From Octopus vulgaris (taxonomy: Eukaryota), in the NCBI GenBank assembly GCA_951406725.2, contig OX597815.1, positions 162,626,001 through 162,690,000 on the forward strand: a DNA stretch of 64,000 nucleotides, given 5' to 3'. A program made the position numbers and the translations under genes. The notes under the pieces were generated by a model. It saw nothing but the letters and a program-made list of their open reading frames with translations, had not been told where the DNA came from and ran no database searches. This document shows, piece by piece, positions 53,310 through 64,000 of the stretch. How positions within the stretch are numbered: position 1 is the stretch's first letter; each line of letters begins with the position of its first letter.

Positions 53310-53512
53310 GTGGTAGTGACAGTGGTGGCAATGATGATGAAGAGGAAAGTGATAACGATGACAATGACGACGACGACAATGATGACAATGATAACGAGGA
53401 TGACAGTGATGATAAAGATGACAATGACAATGACGACAATGACCAGAATGATGACGACGATAACCACAATGATGATGATGACAATGATGACGATGACGAC
53501 GATGACGACAAT
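53310..53512. repeat. Degenerate (GAT/GAC/AAT) microsatellite
   Basis: Direct reading. Confidence 0.9.
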
Positions 53513-54069
53513 TGAGTACATGTCCAGTCATAGAGTAACCAATGGTTTCACATCCATGAGGGCTTACATTGCTGCTCTATGCTCTAGAGTGTGCTTCTGT
53601 TTCAGACATATGATACACTGACAATATGCATATATGTATATATATATATGCAGTAGGAATGTACTGGCAATAATAACCCTTTCTGTTATTGACACAAGGC
53701 CTGAAATTTTGAGGGAAAGGGGCTAGTCAATTACATCAAGCCTACTACTTGATTGTTACTTATTTTATTGACCCCAAAAGTATGAAAGGTAAAGTCAATC
53801 TTGGTGGAATTTGAACTCAGAATGTAAAGACAGACGAAATGCTGCTAAGTAATTTGCCCAGCATGCTAATAACTCTGCCAGCTCTTAGCCTTAATAATAG
53901 TAATAAGTAATATGAACAATAGGGCTGAGGGCAGATACCTCAGAAAAGTTTTCTACATAATAATACACATATAGTAGGATCTTTATAATATAGTATGCTA
54001 AAAATTTTCAGTAAACTGAGACTATTCATGCAATCAGCAGAGATCTTTCAAATGGGTTTCTACAACTAT

Positions 54070-54472
54070 TACTCTTTACTCTTTTACTTGTTTCAGTCAT
54101 TTGACTGTGGCCATGCTGGAACACCGCCTTTAGTCAAGAAAATCGACTCCAGGACTTATTCTTTGTAGGCCTAGAACTTATTCTGTTGGTCTCTTTTGCC
54201 AAACGGCTAAGTTACGGGGATGTAAACACACCAGCATCAGTTGTCAAGCGATGTTGGGGAGACAAACACAGACACGCAAACATATACACACACATACATA
54301 CATATATACGATGGGCTTCTTTCAGTTTCCATCTACCAAATCCACTCACAAGTCTTTGGTCGGCCCGAGGCTATAGTAGAAGACACTTGCCCAAAGTGCC
54401 ATGCAGTGGGACTGAACCCGGAACCATGAGGTTCGTAAGCAAGCTACTTACCACACAGCCACTCCTATGCCT
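54070..54472 (-). mobile_element. SINE A
   Basis: Reverse complement of the 5446 copy. Confidence 0.9.
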
Positions 54473-55397
54473 ATATTATATCAAAGCTGAAAAACTTTTG
54501 ATGAGTGTCTCCTCAATCAACATAGACCCAGGGCAAAATAATAACAATACTCATCTCTTCTCTTAGCATCTGTACAACTTTAGTGTCTGGCTTTATGCAA
54601 CCCACAAAACCTGACAATAAAAACTTATGACTTTAGTGATTTCACTTTTTCCAAACTAATTTTATGTTGACTAAATGTAAGAAAAAACAATGCAAGAACC
54701 AAATTAATCTCTCAATTACTTTATGCTACAAAAATGCGTGATAATCAATCAATCTATGGATCATTAGGATCAAGAAAATTATTAGTTATCTTGTTGTTAT
54801 CACAGATTATACATAAAAAAAAAAATAATCCAGTGATTAGAAACAAGCAGATTAATGTTTAAAATCAATGAAGGTTTTCTAATTATACCATGGTATGTTA
54901 TTTGAATTACTCCAGTTACCCAGATTCACCTAGCTGTCAATCAATGAAGGAACTTCAATTTGTTTGCTTGGCTTGATCTAGAAATAGCAGCCAAATATTT
55001 TTGAAATCAGATGTAGGTGTCCTTAAAAATGGAAATGATGCAGTATTTGTAGATACTTCTGTACCACATATATCCAGTTTTAGAATAGATACACCCTGTG
55101 TTTCCATATGTTATAATATTCATAAATGTTCTAAAATCTACACAGCCTTGGTTTTTCTATGTCATTATGGAAAAAAACAATTTTATATACACACGCTGAT
55201 ATATGACCTGCGTTAGACCCCTTATTCGCATAATCACCAAAACCTGGAACTTAACTATGGTCTATCCATAGCACTAACTCAGCATTACCTGACACCTTTG
55301 AGTCCCACTGACATCATTACCTCTCATAACCTCTCTCTCTAATCCTAAATCTAATTTTTCCCTGTAAGTTTGGATATACTCCCTAATATTATTATTA

Positions 55398-55449
<52 letters not shown>

Positions 55450-55614
55450 TATATTATTTAATGAAATGGATAAATGAATTATCTTGTTACGGATTATTCA
55501 AAATTTAACCGATACCTGTGTAGCAAAAATCACACCAGAAAAGACACGGTTGAGGTTACGACCATGGGGTTTTGCCCCCGTGCTTTAGCGCGGATAATTG
55601 AAGTTTTATATATT

Positions 55615-56217
55615 TAGTGAAGGGAAGAAATGGAGCCGAACGAAGATTCTACAAAATTCCATTTTATTATTTTCTACACATGTTTCAAAGGCTGCAAATT
55701 CCCAAATTCGGATTGAATAAGGAGACCATTCTGCAGCTTTCTCTTCAGGAAAATCCAGGAATTTAAAATCTCAAAACAAATGCGCAGCAAGCTTTTCGAA
55801 CAAAACGCTCCCTAGGAGCCCATGGTAAAAATGGCACAAAACTGTCTCTCAATATGCGCTGACGTCAGAGCGGGTGAAGGCCGACGAAAAAATCCGTTGG
55901 AATAAACCTAGGTCAAACCACGGTCAAATCAGGTAGGGGAAGAATCACAGAAAACCCAAAGAGTGTGAATATATTCTGTATAACTAGTGTTAATGTTCAA
56001 ATTGTTTTAAGAATGACAGCTATCTTATTTGGGTGTGAGGAACTACCTACATGTATGTGTGTGTGTATGTGCCTATGTATGTGTGGCAGTATGTTAGGAA
56101 GCAGCTAGAGAGAAAATATATTGTATTGTAGACATTGCTTGTAGACAATATATTTTCTCTCTAGAAAATAATAAAAAGGAATTTTGTAGAATCTTCGTTC
56201 GGCTCCATTTCTTCCCT

Positions 56218-56223
<6 letters not shown>
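55615..56223 (-). mobile_element. Penelope-like terminal repeat fragment with a partial inverted duplicate
   Basis: Hammerhead motif; 55615-55676 is the reverse complement of 56162-56223 (61/62); CpG-rich body; no ORF seen. Confidence 0.6.
55669..55754 (-). ncRNA. Type I hammerhead ribozyme (Penelope-type)
   Basis: Minus strand: AUUUUC-CUGAAGA-GAAAGCUGCAGA..UUUGCAGCCUUU-GAAA-CAUGU-GUA/GAAAAU. 6-bp stem I, ~12-bp stem II, palindromic ACAUGU stem III. Confidence 0.75.
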
Positions 56224-56252
<29 letters not shown>

Positions 56253-56272
56253 TCACACACACACACACACAC

Positions 56273-56351
<79 letters not shown>

Positions 56352-56391
56352 AATATATGTAATGCAATATAGTATAAAATAATTATATGAT

Positions 56392-56608
56392 ATTGATTTC
56401 AAACTTTCGTGCAAGGTTAGCAAGTTTGGATGAGGGGGCTGGTTGATTACATTGACCCCAATGCTCAACTGGTATTTATTTTATTGACCCTGTAAAGATG
56501 AAAGTCAAAGTCGACCCAGGCAGAATTTGAACTTAGAATGCAAAGACGGATGAAGTGCTTCTAAGAATTTTACCCAGCATGCTAGCAATTCTGCCAGCTC
56601 ACAGCTTT
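56392..56608 (-). mobile_element. SINE B
   Basis: Family motifs. Confidence 0.8.
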
Positions 56609-57049
56609 TAGTAACACTAATATTTAATGAGAGGAATGAAATCAACAGCAGTTTGAATCAGAAGCTAAACATAAGCAGTTATTTGTTCCCAATATTGACC
56701 CTCAGCAACCTTTGGATGTAGGCATAGAGGGACCTGACCATGTGATAGAAGAGTGATATTGCACATCTGATGCTGGTTTCACTGTAATCGAGAACAAACT
56801 AAACAAAACACAAACTATTACCTATATAAAAGAGGAATCCTCCAAGGAAAAACACAGACTTAAATATGTGTGTGCATACATGCTGTTCATGAGAGAAATT
56901 AATAATAAAAAAAAAAAAAGTATGAAGTTTATGTAAATAAAAAATTCAAACAAAATATTTATAGAAGAAATTTTAAATTCATCTTATTAGCAAAGCATGA
57001 AAATGTATAGCCTTGAACAATATTGTTATAGTTCCTACATAGTAACCAC

Positions 57050-57069
57050 ACACACACACATTACTGATG

Positions 57070-57112
<43 letters not shown>

Positions 57113-57395
57113 CACTCACATACATATATACATGTATATATACACTCACATATATATATAAGCACACACATATATGCATATATATATATATACACACATA
57201 CATATACACACATATATATATATGCATATATATACACACACATACACATATACACATATATATATGCATAAATATATATATATGCACACATGCATATATA
57301 TATATATATACATATACACACACACACACATATATATACATATGTGTGTCTCTGTGTGAGTGTGCATGTATATATATATATATATATATATATAT
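57050..57395. repeat. (TA)/(CA) mixed microsatellite
   Basis: Direct reading. Confidence 0.9.
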
Positions 57396-58623
57396 CATAA
57401 CCTACCTTCAAATATGAAACATTTTTTAATTCATTTACTGTTTTTTAGCAAAATATTTTATAATATTATTATAGATATGTTTTGTTTATTTTCCCATGCC
57501 AGTTTCTATGATAGTTTCAAAATTATGGAAAACAAAATTTTTCTTTTCATGTTATGTATTTATTTTTCTTCCCCATGTTTAACATTTTACTCATATATAT
57601 GTTCTCATATTTATTGCATTTGGTAAAAAAAAAAAATATAAATTTCGGAAATGAAAAAAAACCTGACGGGGAGAAAAAAACCTGAAACAGCCAAATCATT
57701 GGTAAAACAAGAAAAAGCTAAAAAAAGTTACTTAGGATTGAAATTGTATAAAATTATATATTGGTGTAGGGGATATGAATTGGACCTTTATGGTTTATTG
57801 ATCTTTTCATTCAGCGTTTTATCAGATGTTCCAATTATCCATTAAAGGCCTGAAGTAAACTAATCTGGAAAACATCCAAAATTTTAAACTTCAAACTATA
57901 ACATTTGCCAGCAGATAAGAAAAGCAAACCCCAAAGAAGCTGAAACTGACCAAAATAGAACAGAGGTTAACCAATACTTAGAAGAACGCCGTATTAAATA
58001 GTTTCTACTTTATGCAGATAATTCAGAGGACCTTTTCTAAATGAGTTGCATGAATAAATGTTGTCAAATTTTATGTTAGCAATTCTCTTTGTTTCATTGT
58101 AACATTTTCTTAACAATTTTGCATTTTTTATCTTTTATCTTTTACTTGCTTCAGTCATTGGTCTGCAGCCTTACTGGGTGCACAGATTTTAAGCATTTAA
58201 TGGAACAAATCTACCCCAGTACTTGTTTTTAAAGTTTGGTACTTATTCTGTTTGTTCCTTTTGCCAAACTTGCTAAGTTATGGGGGTGTAAACAAACTGA
58301 CACTGGTTGTCAAATGGTGGTGGCAGTGGTAGGGCAAACACAAAGACACCCACACACACACATGCAACATGTGCACACATGCATATTATACAATGGGCTT
58401 CCACACAGTTTCTGTCTACCAAATTAACTCACAAGTCTTTGGTCAGCCTGGGGCTGTAGTAAATGGCACTTACCCAAAGTGCTACTCATCAAGACTGAAC
58501 ATGAAGCCACCTCATTGCAAAGTGAGCTACTTAACCATACAATTATGCCTGCGCCTTTAACATAATGCAAGCTCATCAAAATCTGCTTTATTTACAAAGG
58601 TGCCTTAGGAAAGATTACTTGTT

Positions 58624-58851
58624 TTAACCCTTTTGTTATTGTATTTATTTTGAGATGCTTTGTGTTTCTTTCAGTTACTTTAAATATAACAAAGAATTTA
58701 GTAAAATAACTTAGTTATCATTAAGCTAGTGTTAGGAACATAAATTGTAACTAAGGTTTGGTAGAAGATTTTAATTCAGAACTTATGAAAAGAAGACATT
58801 TGTACTCAGAGCCGGAGCCAGTTTCAGCTGGGTTGGTAACGTAAGGGTTAA
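58624..58851. mobile_element. piggyBac-like MITE, second family
   Basis: TTAA|CCCTTTTGTTA ... TAACGTAAGGG|TTAA. Confidence 0.7.
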
Positions 58852-60508
58852 TGATGTTCTCATCATGTTCTTATATGGTTGGGTGGGAGATAGTTATTGG
58901 TAGAGCAGGAATCCCATATAACGTTTTACAAGACTTCTGAGACTTGTAGAGACTCATGGGTTGCTGCCATAGGAAGCAGTTCACCAAAATTTCAAGTTAT
59001 CTTTAAATCAGTCACTGAGACCAAATACTTGCAGCAGAGTAGACTTCCACTAAAGACTGTCAACAGATAGACGGTGGTGCTAAATCAAGCAATGCAATAA
59101 TAAGACCAGTCAATACTTAGCTACAGTACATCTGACTAACTTCTTGTGCTGTTTCCATCAACACAGATTTTTTTGCAAGTTTTGGCTGACCTGAGACTAT
59201 TGTAGAAGACACCCCACCCCTAAGATTATGCACAATGAGATCTCATCAGTAAACTACAACCTTTGGTTACTCTTTTACTCTTTTACTTGTTTCAGCCATT
59301 TGACTGTGGCCATGCTGGAGCACCACCTTTAGTCGAGCAAATCGACCCCAGGACTTATTCTTTGTAAGCTTAGTACTTATTCTATCGGTCTCTTTTGCCA
59401 AACCACTAAGTTACGGGGATGTAAACACACCAGCATCGGTTGTCAAGCAATGTTGGGGGGACAAACACAAACATATAAATACACGCACAGTTTCCATCTA
59501 CCAAATCCACTCACAAGGCTTACAGAGTTGATAATGAAATAAATCCAGCATGCACTGACTTTTGGTATTGCACTTCATGCAATCACCCATGCTTAAAAAT
59601 CACTTCGAAGATAGCATATCAGGGATGTAATGGTGAAATGGCGAAGCTGATGAGACTAATGGTCCATTGTTTTATGATTTGAAATCTGCTGCAAGTGTCT
59701 GGTTGTGGTTCTAAGTAGAACATGTTATTCTTGAGTACTTAATTCTGATTCACCAAATATCAAATCATCAGAGAATGTCAACAGCAGACAGGTTCCCTTT
59801 TGAGGAGGATCGTTATTTTATATTCACTTAACACTGTGGGTCCTGTCTCAAGTCATGCGGACTCATAGGGCTGGTTTCCTGTTTTCCATGGCTTATACAT
59901 TCCCCACATCAACGGGACGCTGGTCCGTTGCAGGATTACTCATTTTTGCCAGCTGGGCAATGTGAAATGAAGTGTTTTGCTCAAGAACACAATGCATCAC
60001 CCCCGCCCAGGAATCAAAACCACAATCTTACAATCATAAACCCAACACCCTAACCACTAAGTGATGTGCCTCCACAGCAATGTGGGGGCAGGATAAAGAA
60101 AAAGCTACCCCAGAGTTTTAAGGGCATCTACATAGTTGAGATATGAGGTATGTGTATTTCTCTGAGTAGAGTTATTAAACAGATGTAGTTAGACCAAATT
60201 CCTGAGTCGTAGGCTTTACACATTGTTTACTTTAACACCACTACCAAACCCTTGGGTACCTTTAGTGGAGTTCACTACTATAAGCAATCTTTCTTTTGTC
60301 TTTTACTTGTTTCAGTCATTAGACTGGCAATGCTGGGGCACAGCCTTGAAGAATTCTAGTTGAATGTATCAACCTCAGAACATTTTTTTTCTTTTTAAGC
60401 CTGATGCTTATTCTATTGGTCTCTTTTGCTGAACCACTAAGTTATGGGAATGGTGGGATACAAACACAGACACACATAAGCTGTATATATATATATATAT
60501 GTACAGCT

Positions 60509-60577
<69 letters not shown>

Positions 60578-60669
60578 TTTGAGGGAATAAAATCCAAACT
60601 TACTATGAAAAAAAAATTCAATTTAGAAATACTAAATCAAATTTCACACAATATAATATATATATAAAA

Positions 60670-61732
60670 AATTAGAAAAAACCCCACCTTTTATCAATTC
60701 AAAATGAACAATTAAATTACACTATTTAGAAAATTACATATAATAGAAATATTAAAATTAAAATAGCATTAAAACGTCAATGATTAAGTAAATTGCAAAA
60801 AATATTAATAAAAACGTATATAATAGGTTTTATTAATATTTATTGCAATTTACTTCATGTGAACGTGACCTGGGTGTTATTGTCAACAGTGATTTGCGTT
60901 GGACAAAACACATTGCTAAAATTGTCAAGAAGGCTGAGGGTGTCTTGGCATCACTCACCAAATCCTTTGTGAGCCGCTCTCCGACTATCTATCTGCGGCT
61001 TTATTTAGCTATGGTAAGACCTCACCTGGAATTTGCATCACCGGTCTGGAACCCCTATCATGCCCAGGATATCAATCGTCTGGAAGCCGTTCAGCGACGT
61101 GCAACCAAAAGAATACCCTCCATCAGGCATTTGCCATATTCTGAACGCCTTACTTCCCTGGGCATGGGCACATTGAAACTCCAACGTCTGGCAGCTGACT
61201 TGGCAGACACCCATAAAATTATCAACCATCACACAAACAATAACTCTGAGCACCTTTTCAGACTCCACTCATCTAACACCCGTGGACATATTTACAAAGT
61301 CAGAAAACAGCACAGCTCCCATGACTTTAGGAAACATTTTTTCACGCTGAGAGTTGCTGAAGCATGGAACAAACTGCCGGTGTCAGTTGTTAGTTGTCGG
61401 AGCACTGCATCCTTCAAAACTTCCATGCTTTCTGAGATTCGCCAACACTACACCTGATTTTCTCCCCTCCATACACACACAAGCATGTACCTGACTCATG
61501 CATTGTTCGCTTTCCAGACATTTGTACACTACTGCATGTGCTTTATATGCACTTTCTGACAAGTTGTGGTGCACCTGACCACTGTATACAATAATTTCAT
61601 TATTATTATTATTACTTAATCATTGACTTTTTATTGTTATTTTAATTTTAATATTTCTATTATATGTAATTTTTTAGATGGTGTAATTGAATTGTTCATT
61701 TTGAATTGATAAAAGGTGTTTTTTTTCTAATT
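60670..61732. repeat. AT-rich ~290-bp palindrome split by a CR1 insertion
   Basis: Left arm 60670-60814; right arm 60827-60855 plus 61618-61732. Confidence 0.85.
60856..61611 (+). mobile_element. CR1-clade LINE, 5'-truncated, with open RT C-terminus, 3' UTR and (ATT)n tail
   Basis: ERDLGVIV...LYLAMVRPHLEFASPVWNPY...LEAVQRRATK...YSERL...TRGH.YK...FFTLRV...WNKLP; TTACTT at 60850-60855 and 61612-61617. Confidence 0.92.
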
Positions 61733-62273
61733 ATATATATATATATATGTACGACAGGCTTCTTTCAGTATCTGTCTACCAAATTCACTCACAAAGCTTT
61801 GGTTGGCCTGAAACTATAGAAAAAAATCACCTTTTATCAATTCCAAATGAACAATTAAATTACACCATCTAGAAAATTACATATAATAGAAATATTAAAA
61901 TTAAAATAGCAATAAAAAGTCAATGATTAAGTAAATTGCAAAAAATATTAATAAAAACGTATATAATAGGTTTTATTAATATTTATTGCAATTTACTTCA
62001 TGTGAACGTGAAGACACTTGCCCAAGGTGCTATGCAGTGGGACTGAACCTGGAACCATGTAGTTGGGAAGCAAGCTACTTGCCACACAGCCACTCCTGTG
62101 CCTGTATATATATATATACCTAGCATCATAATTTTGAAATATCTATAAAACCATCAAAAGCTTGTTTATTTTTATGTTTTTCGATTTATTATTAGTGTTG
62201 CTTAATATATTTTGCTAAAATTGCTGTTTCTTTTCAGATATCATCAGAAAAAGGTAATTAAAATTCATTAAAA

Positions 62274-62441
62274 TGACAGATCTCTCGGACTTTCAATTAG
62301 TAGGTGTTAGCATAATGAAAACAGCTGAAATGTTTGGTGTATCAAGAAGTACATATGGCGTAGTGGTTAAGAGCACAGGCTACAAACCCCAAGATTCCGA
62401 GTTCGATTCCAAGCAGTGACCTGAACAATAACAATAATAAT

Positions 62442-62482
<41 letters not shown>

Positions 62483-63372
62483 TGATAATAATAATAATAA
62501 CATCGAAAAATACCTTAGGAATGAGAACCCAAGTTTGAAATTTCCCCAAGACACCTGAAGAAGGCAGGAGGGTATATCAGCCGAAACGTCTTAACAACAA
62601 ACAAGATGAGGACAAATATCCGTTGAATGTAAATAATATAAATAATGTAAGAAGTACTGTCTCTAAAGTAATAACAGCCTTTGAGTAAGAGGGAAAAACC
62701 TTCTTGTCAAAACAAAACTCCAGAAGAAAACCAAAATTTTCAAATAGGGTCTGTTGGACTCTTACATGAATTGTTAGAAAGGATCACAAAAGTACAGCTC
62801 CCAAAATTACTGCAGAGCTTAATGACCACCTCATGAACCTAGTTTCCACAAAAACTGTTCGCCAGGAACTGCAAAAAGCTGGATTTCATGGGAGGACTGC
62901 AATCAGAAAACTACCACTTTCAAAAAGAAACGTTGCAAAGCATTTAGAGTGGAGTAAAAACCTACAGAATTGGTCCCAGAGCAGTGGAGGAATGTTATTT
63001 TCTCAGAGGTGTCGTCCTTTACCTTATTTCTGACCACCGGCTGAGTATATATGTGGAGATAGCCAAAAGAAGCATTTGAGTCAGACTGCCTTCTTCCAAC
63101 TGTTAAACATGGAGGAGGATCTGTGATGATCTGGGGGGGGGGGCTATATCTTGGAAATCTAGCGGCTCAATGGTTTCCCTTCATGGCAGAATTAATAGTC
63201 AAAACTATTTAAGCATTTTATCTGATCAAATTCATCCTAAGGTAGCGGAACTATTTCTGGAAGGATACACAATCTCTCAGGATAATAATGCATCAATTCA
63301 CACAGCTAAATTTATTACTGAATGGTACGAGGAACATTCTAGTGAAGTTGAACATCTTATCTGGCCACCACC
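62274..63372 (+). mobile_element. Degenerate Tc1-family transposase
   Basis: MTDLSDFQ..TAEMFGVSRSTVSKV..STKTVRQELQKAGFHGRTAIRK..PTVKHGGGSVMIWG..QDNNASIHTAK..WPP. Confidence 0.9.
62353..62648 (+). mobile_element. tRNA-headed SINE with (AAT)n centre and a hammerhead-like tail
   Basis: A box TGGCGTAGTGG at 62356, B box GAGTTCGATTCC at 62399; CTGAAGA..GGC..GCC GAAACGTC at 62555-62590; 9-bp TSD AAGAAGTAC at 62344-62352 and 62649-62657. Confidence 0.85.
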
Positions 63373-63444
63373 AGATCATTCTACACATCAGTGTAATTTT
63401 TTGCGCAATTCCACCCAGCCGTTTGATGTATAGATATATATGTA

Positions 63445-63486
<42 letters not shown>

Positions 63487-63489
<3 letters not shown>

Positions 63490-63820
63490 TCATCATCATC
63501 ATCATCGTTTAACATCCGTTTTCCATGCTAGCATGGGTTGGACGGTTCAGCCGGGATCTGGGAAGCCAGGAGGCTGCACCAGGCTCCAGTCTGATCAGGC
63601 AGTGTTTCTACAGCTGGATGCCCTTCCTAACGCCAACCACTCCATGAGTGTAGTGGGTGCTTTTTACATACCACCGGCACAGGTGCCAGGGGAGGCTGGC
63701 AACGGTCACAATCAGTTGGTGCTTTTTACATGCCACTGGCACGGAAGCCATTCAAGGCGGCACTGGCATCGGCCACGTTCGGATGGTGCTTTTTATGTGC
63801 CACCGGCACAGGTATCACAA
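63487..63820 (-). mobile_element. RTE 3' UTR fragment
   Basis: Same tail and motifs as the 8714 copy. Confidence 0.85.
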
Positions 63821-64000
63821 CTACAATTTCCATTTGATTTTTTGATGGCAGGATTCTTTCAGTTTCTGTCTACCAAATCCACTCACAAAATCTTATGGTC
63901 AACACAAGGCTACAGATGAAGACGCCTGCCAGGTGGTACCATGCAGTGGGACTGAACCTAGAACCATGTAGTTGAAAAGCAAATTTTTCACCATGTAGCC

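Noticed and set aside
57905-58000. Short frame IRKANPKEAETDQNRTEVNQYLEERRIK* as a terminal exon
   Set aside because: Weak acceptor, very short, no recognisable homology.
62356-62415. tRNA gene (also the heads of SINE A, B and C)
   Set aside because: A and B boxes are present, but there is no complete cloverleaf and each continues into a SINE body.

Overview
AT-rich, microsatellite-dense eukaryotic DNA. The SINE/LINE repertoire and the CA/TACA/TAGA/GAT repeat load point to an octopus (coleoid cephalopod) genome; this is inference from repeat style, not a database result. I found no supportable host protein-coding exon, so the window looks intronic or intergenic. It is a nested collection of old transposons: three abundant tRNA-derived SINE families (called A, B, C here), RTE, R4/Dong-like and CR1 LINE remnants, Penelope-like remnants, a Ty3/gypsy integrase relic, Tc1 and mariner relics, piggyBac/hAT/mariner MITEs, Helitron/Helentron ends and several fold-back elements. 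Most notable: (1) a well-formed type I hammerhead ribozyme at 55669-55754 (-), with an inverted duplicate that starts at its predicted cleavage site; (2) a TSD-flanked tRNA-headed SINE at 62353-62648 whose tail carries a hammerhead core; (3) a young 8 x 161-bp array built from an RTE 3' end; (4) an unidentified ~360-bp triplicated, protein-like relic at 8350-9770. Coordinates of degenerate elements are approximate.
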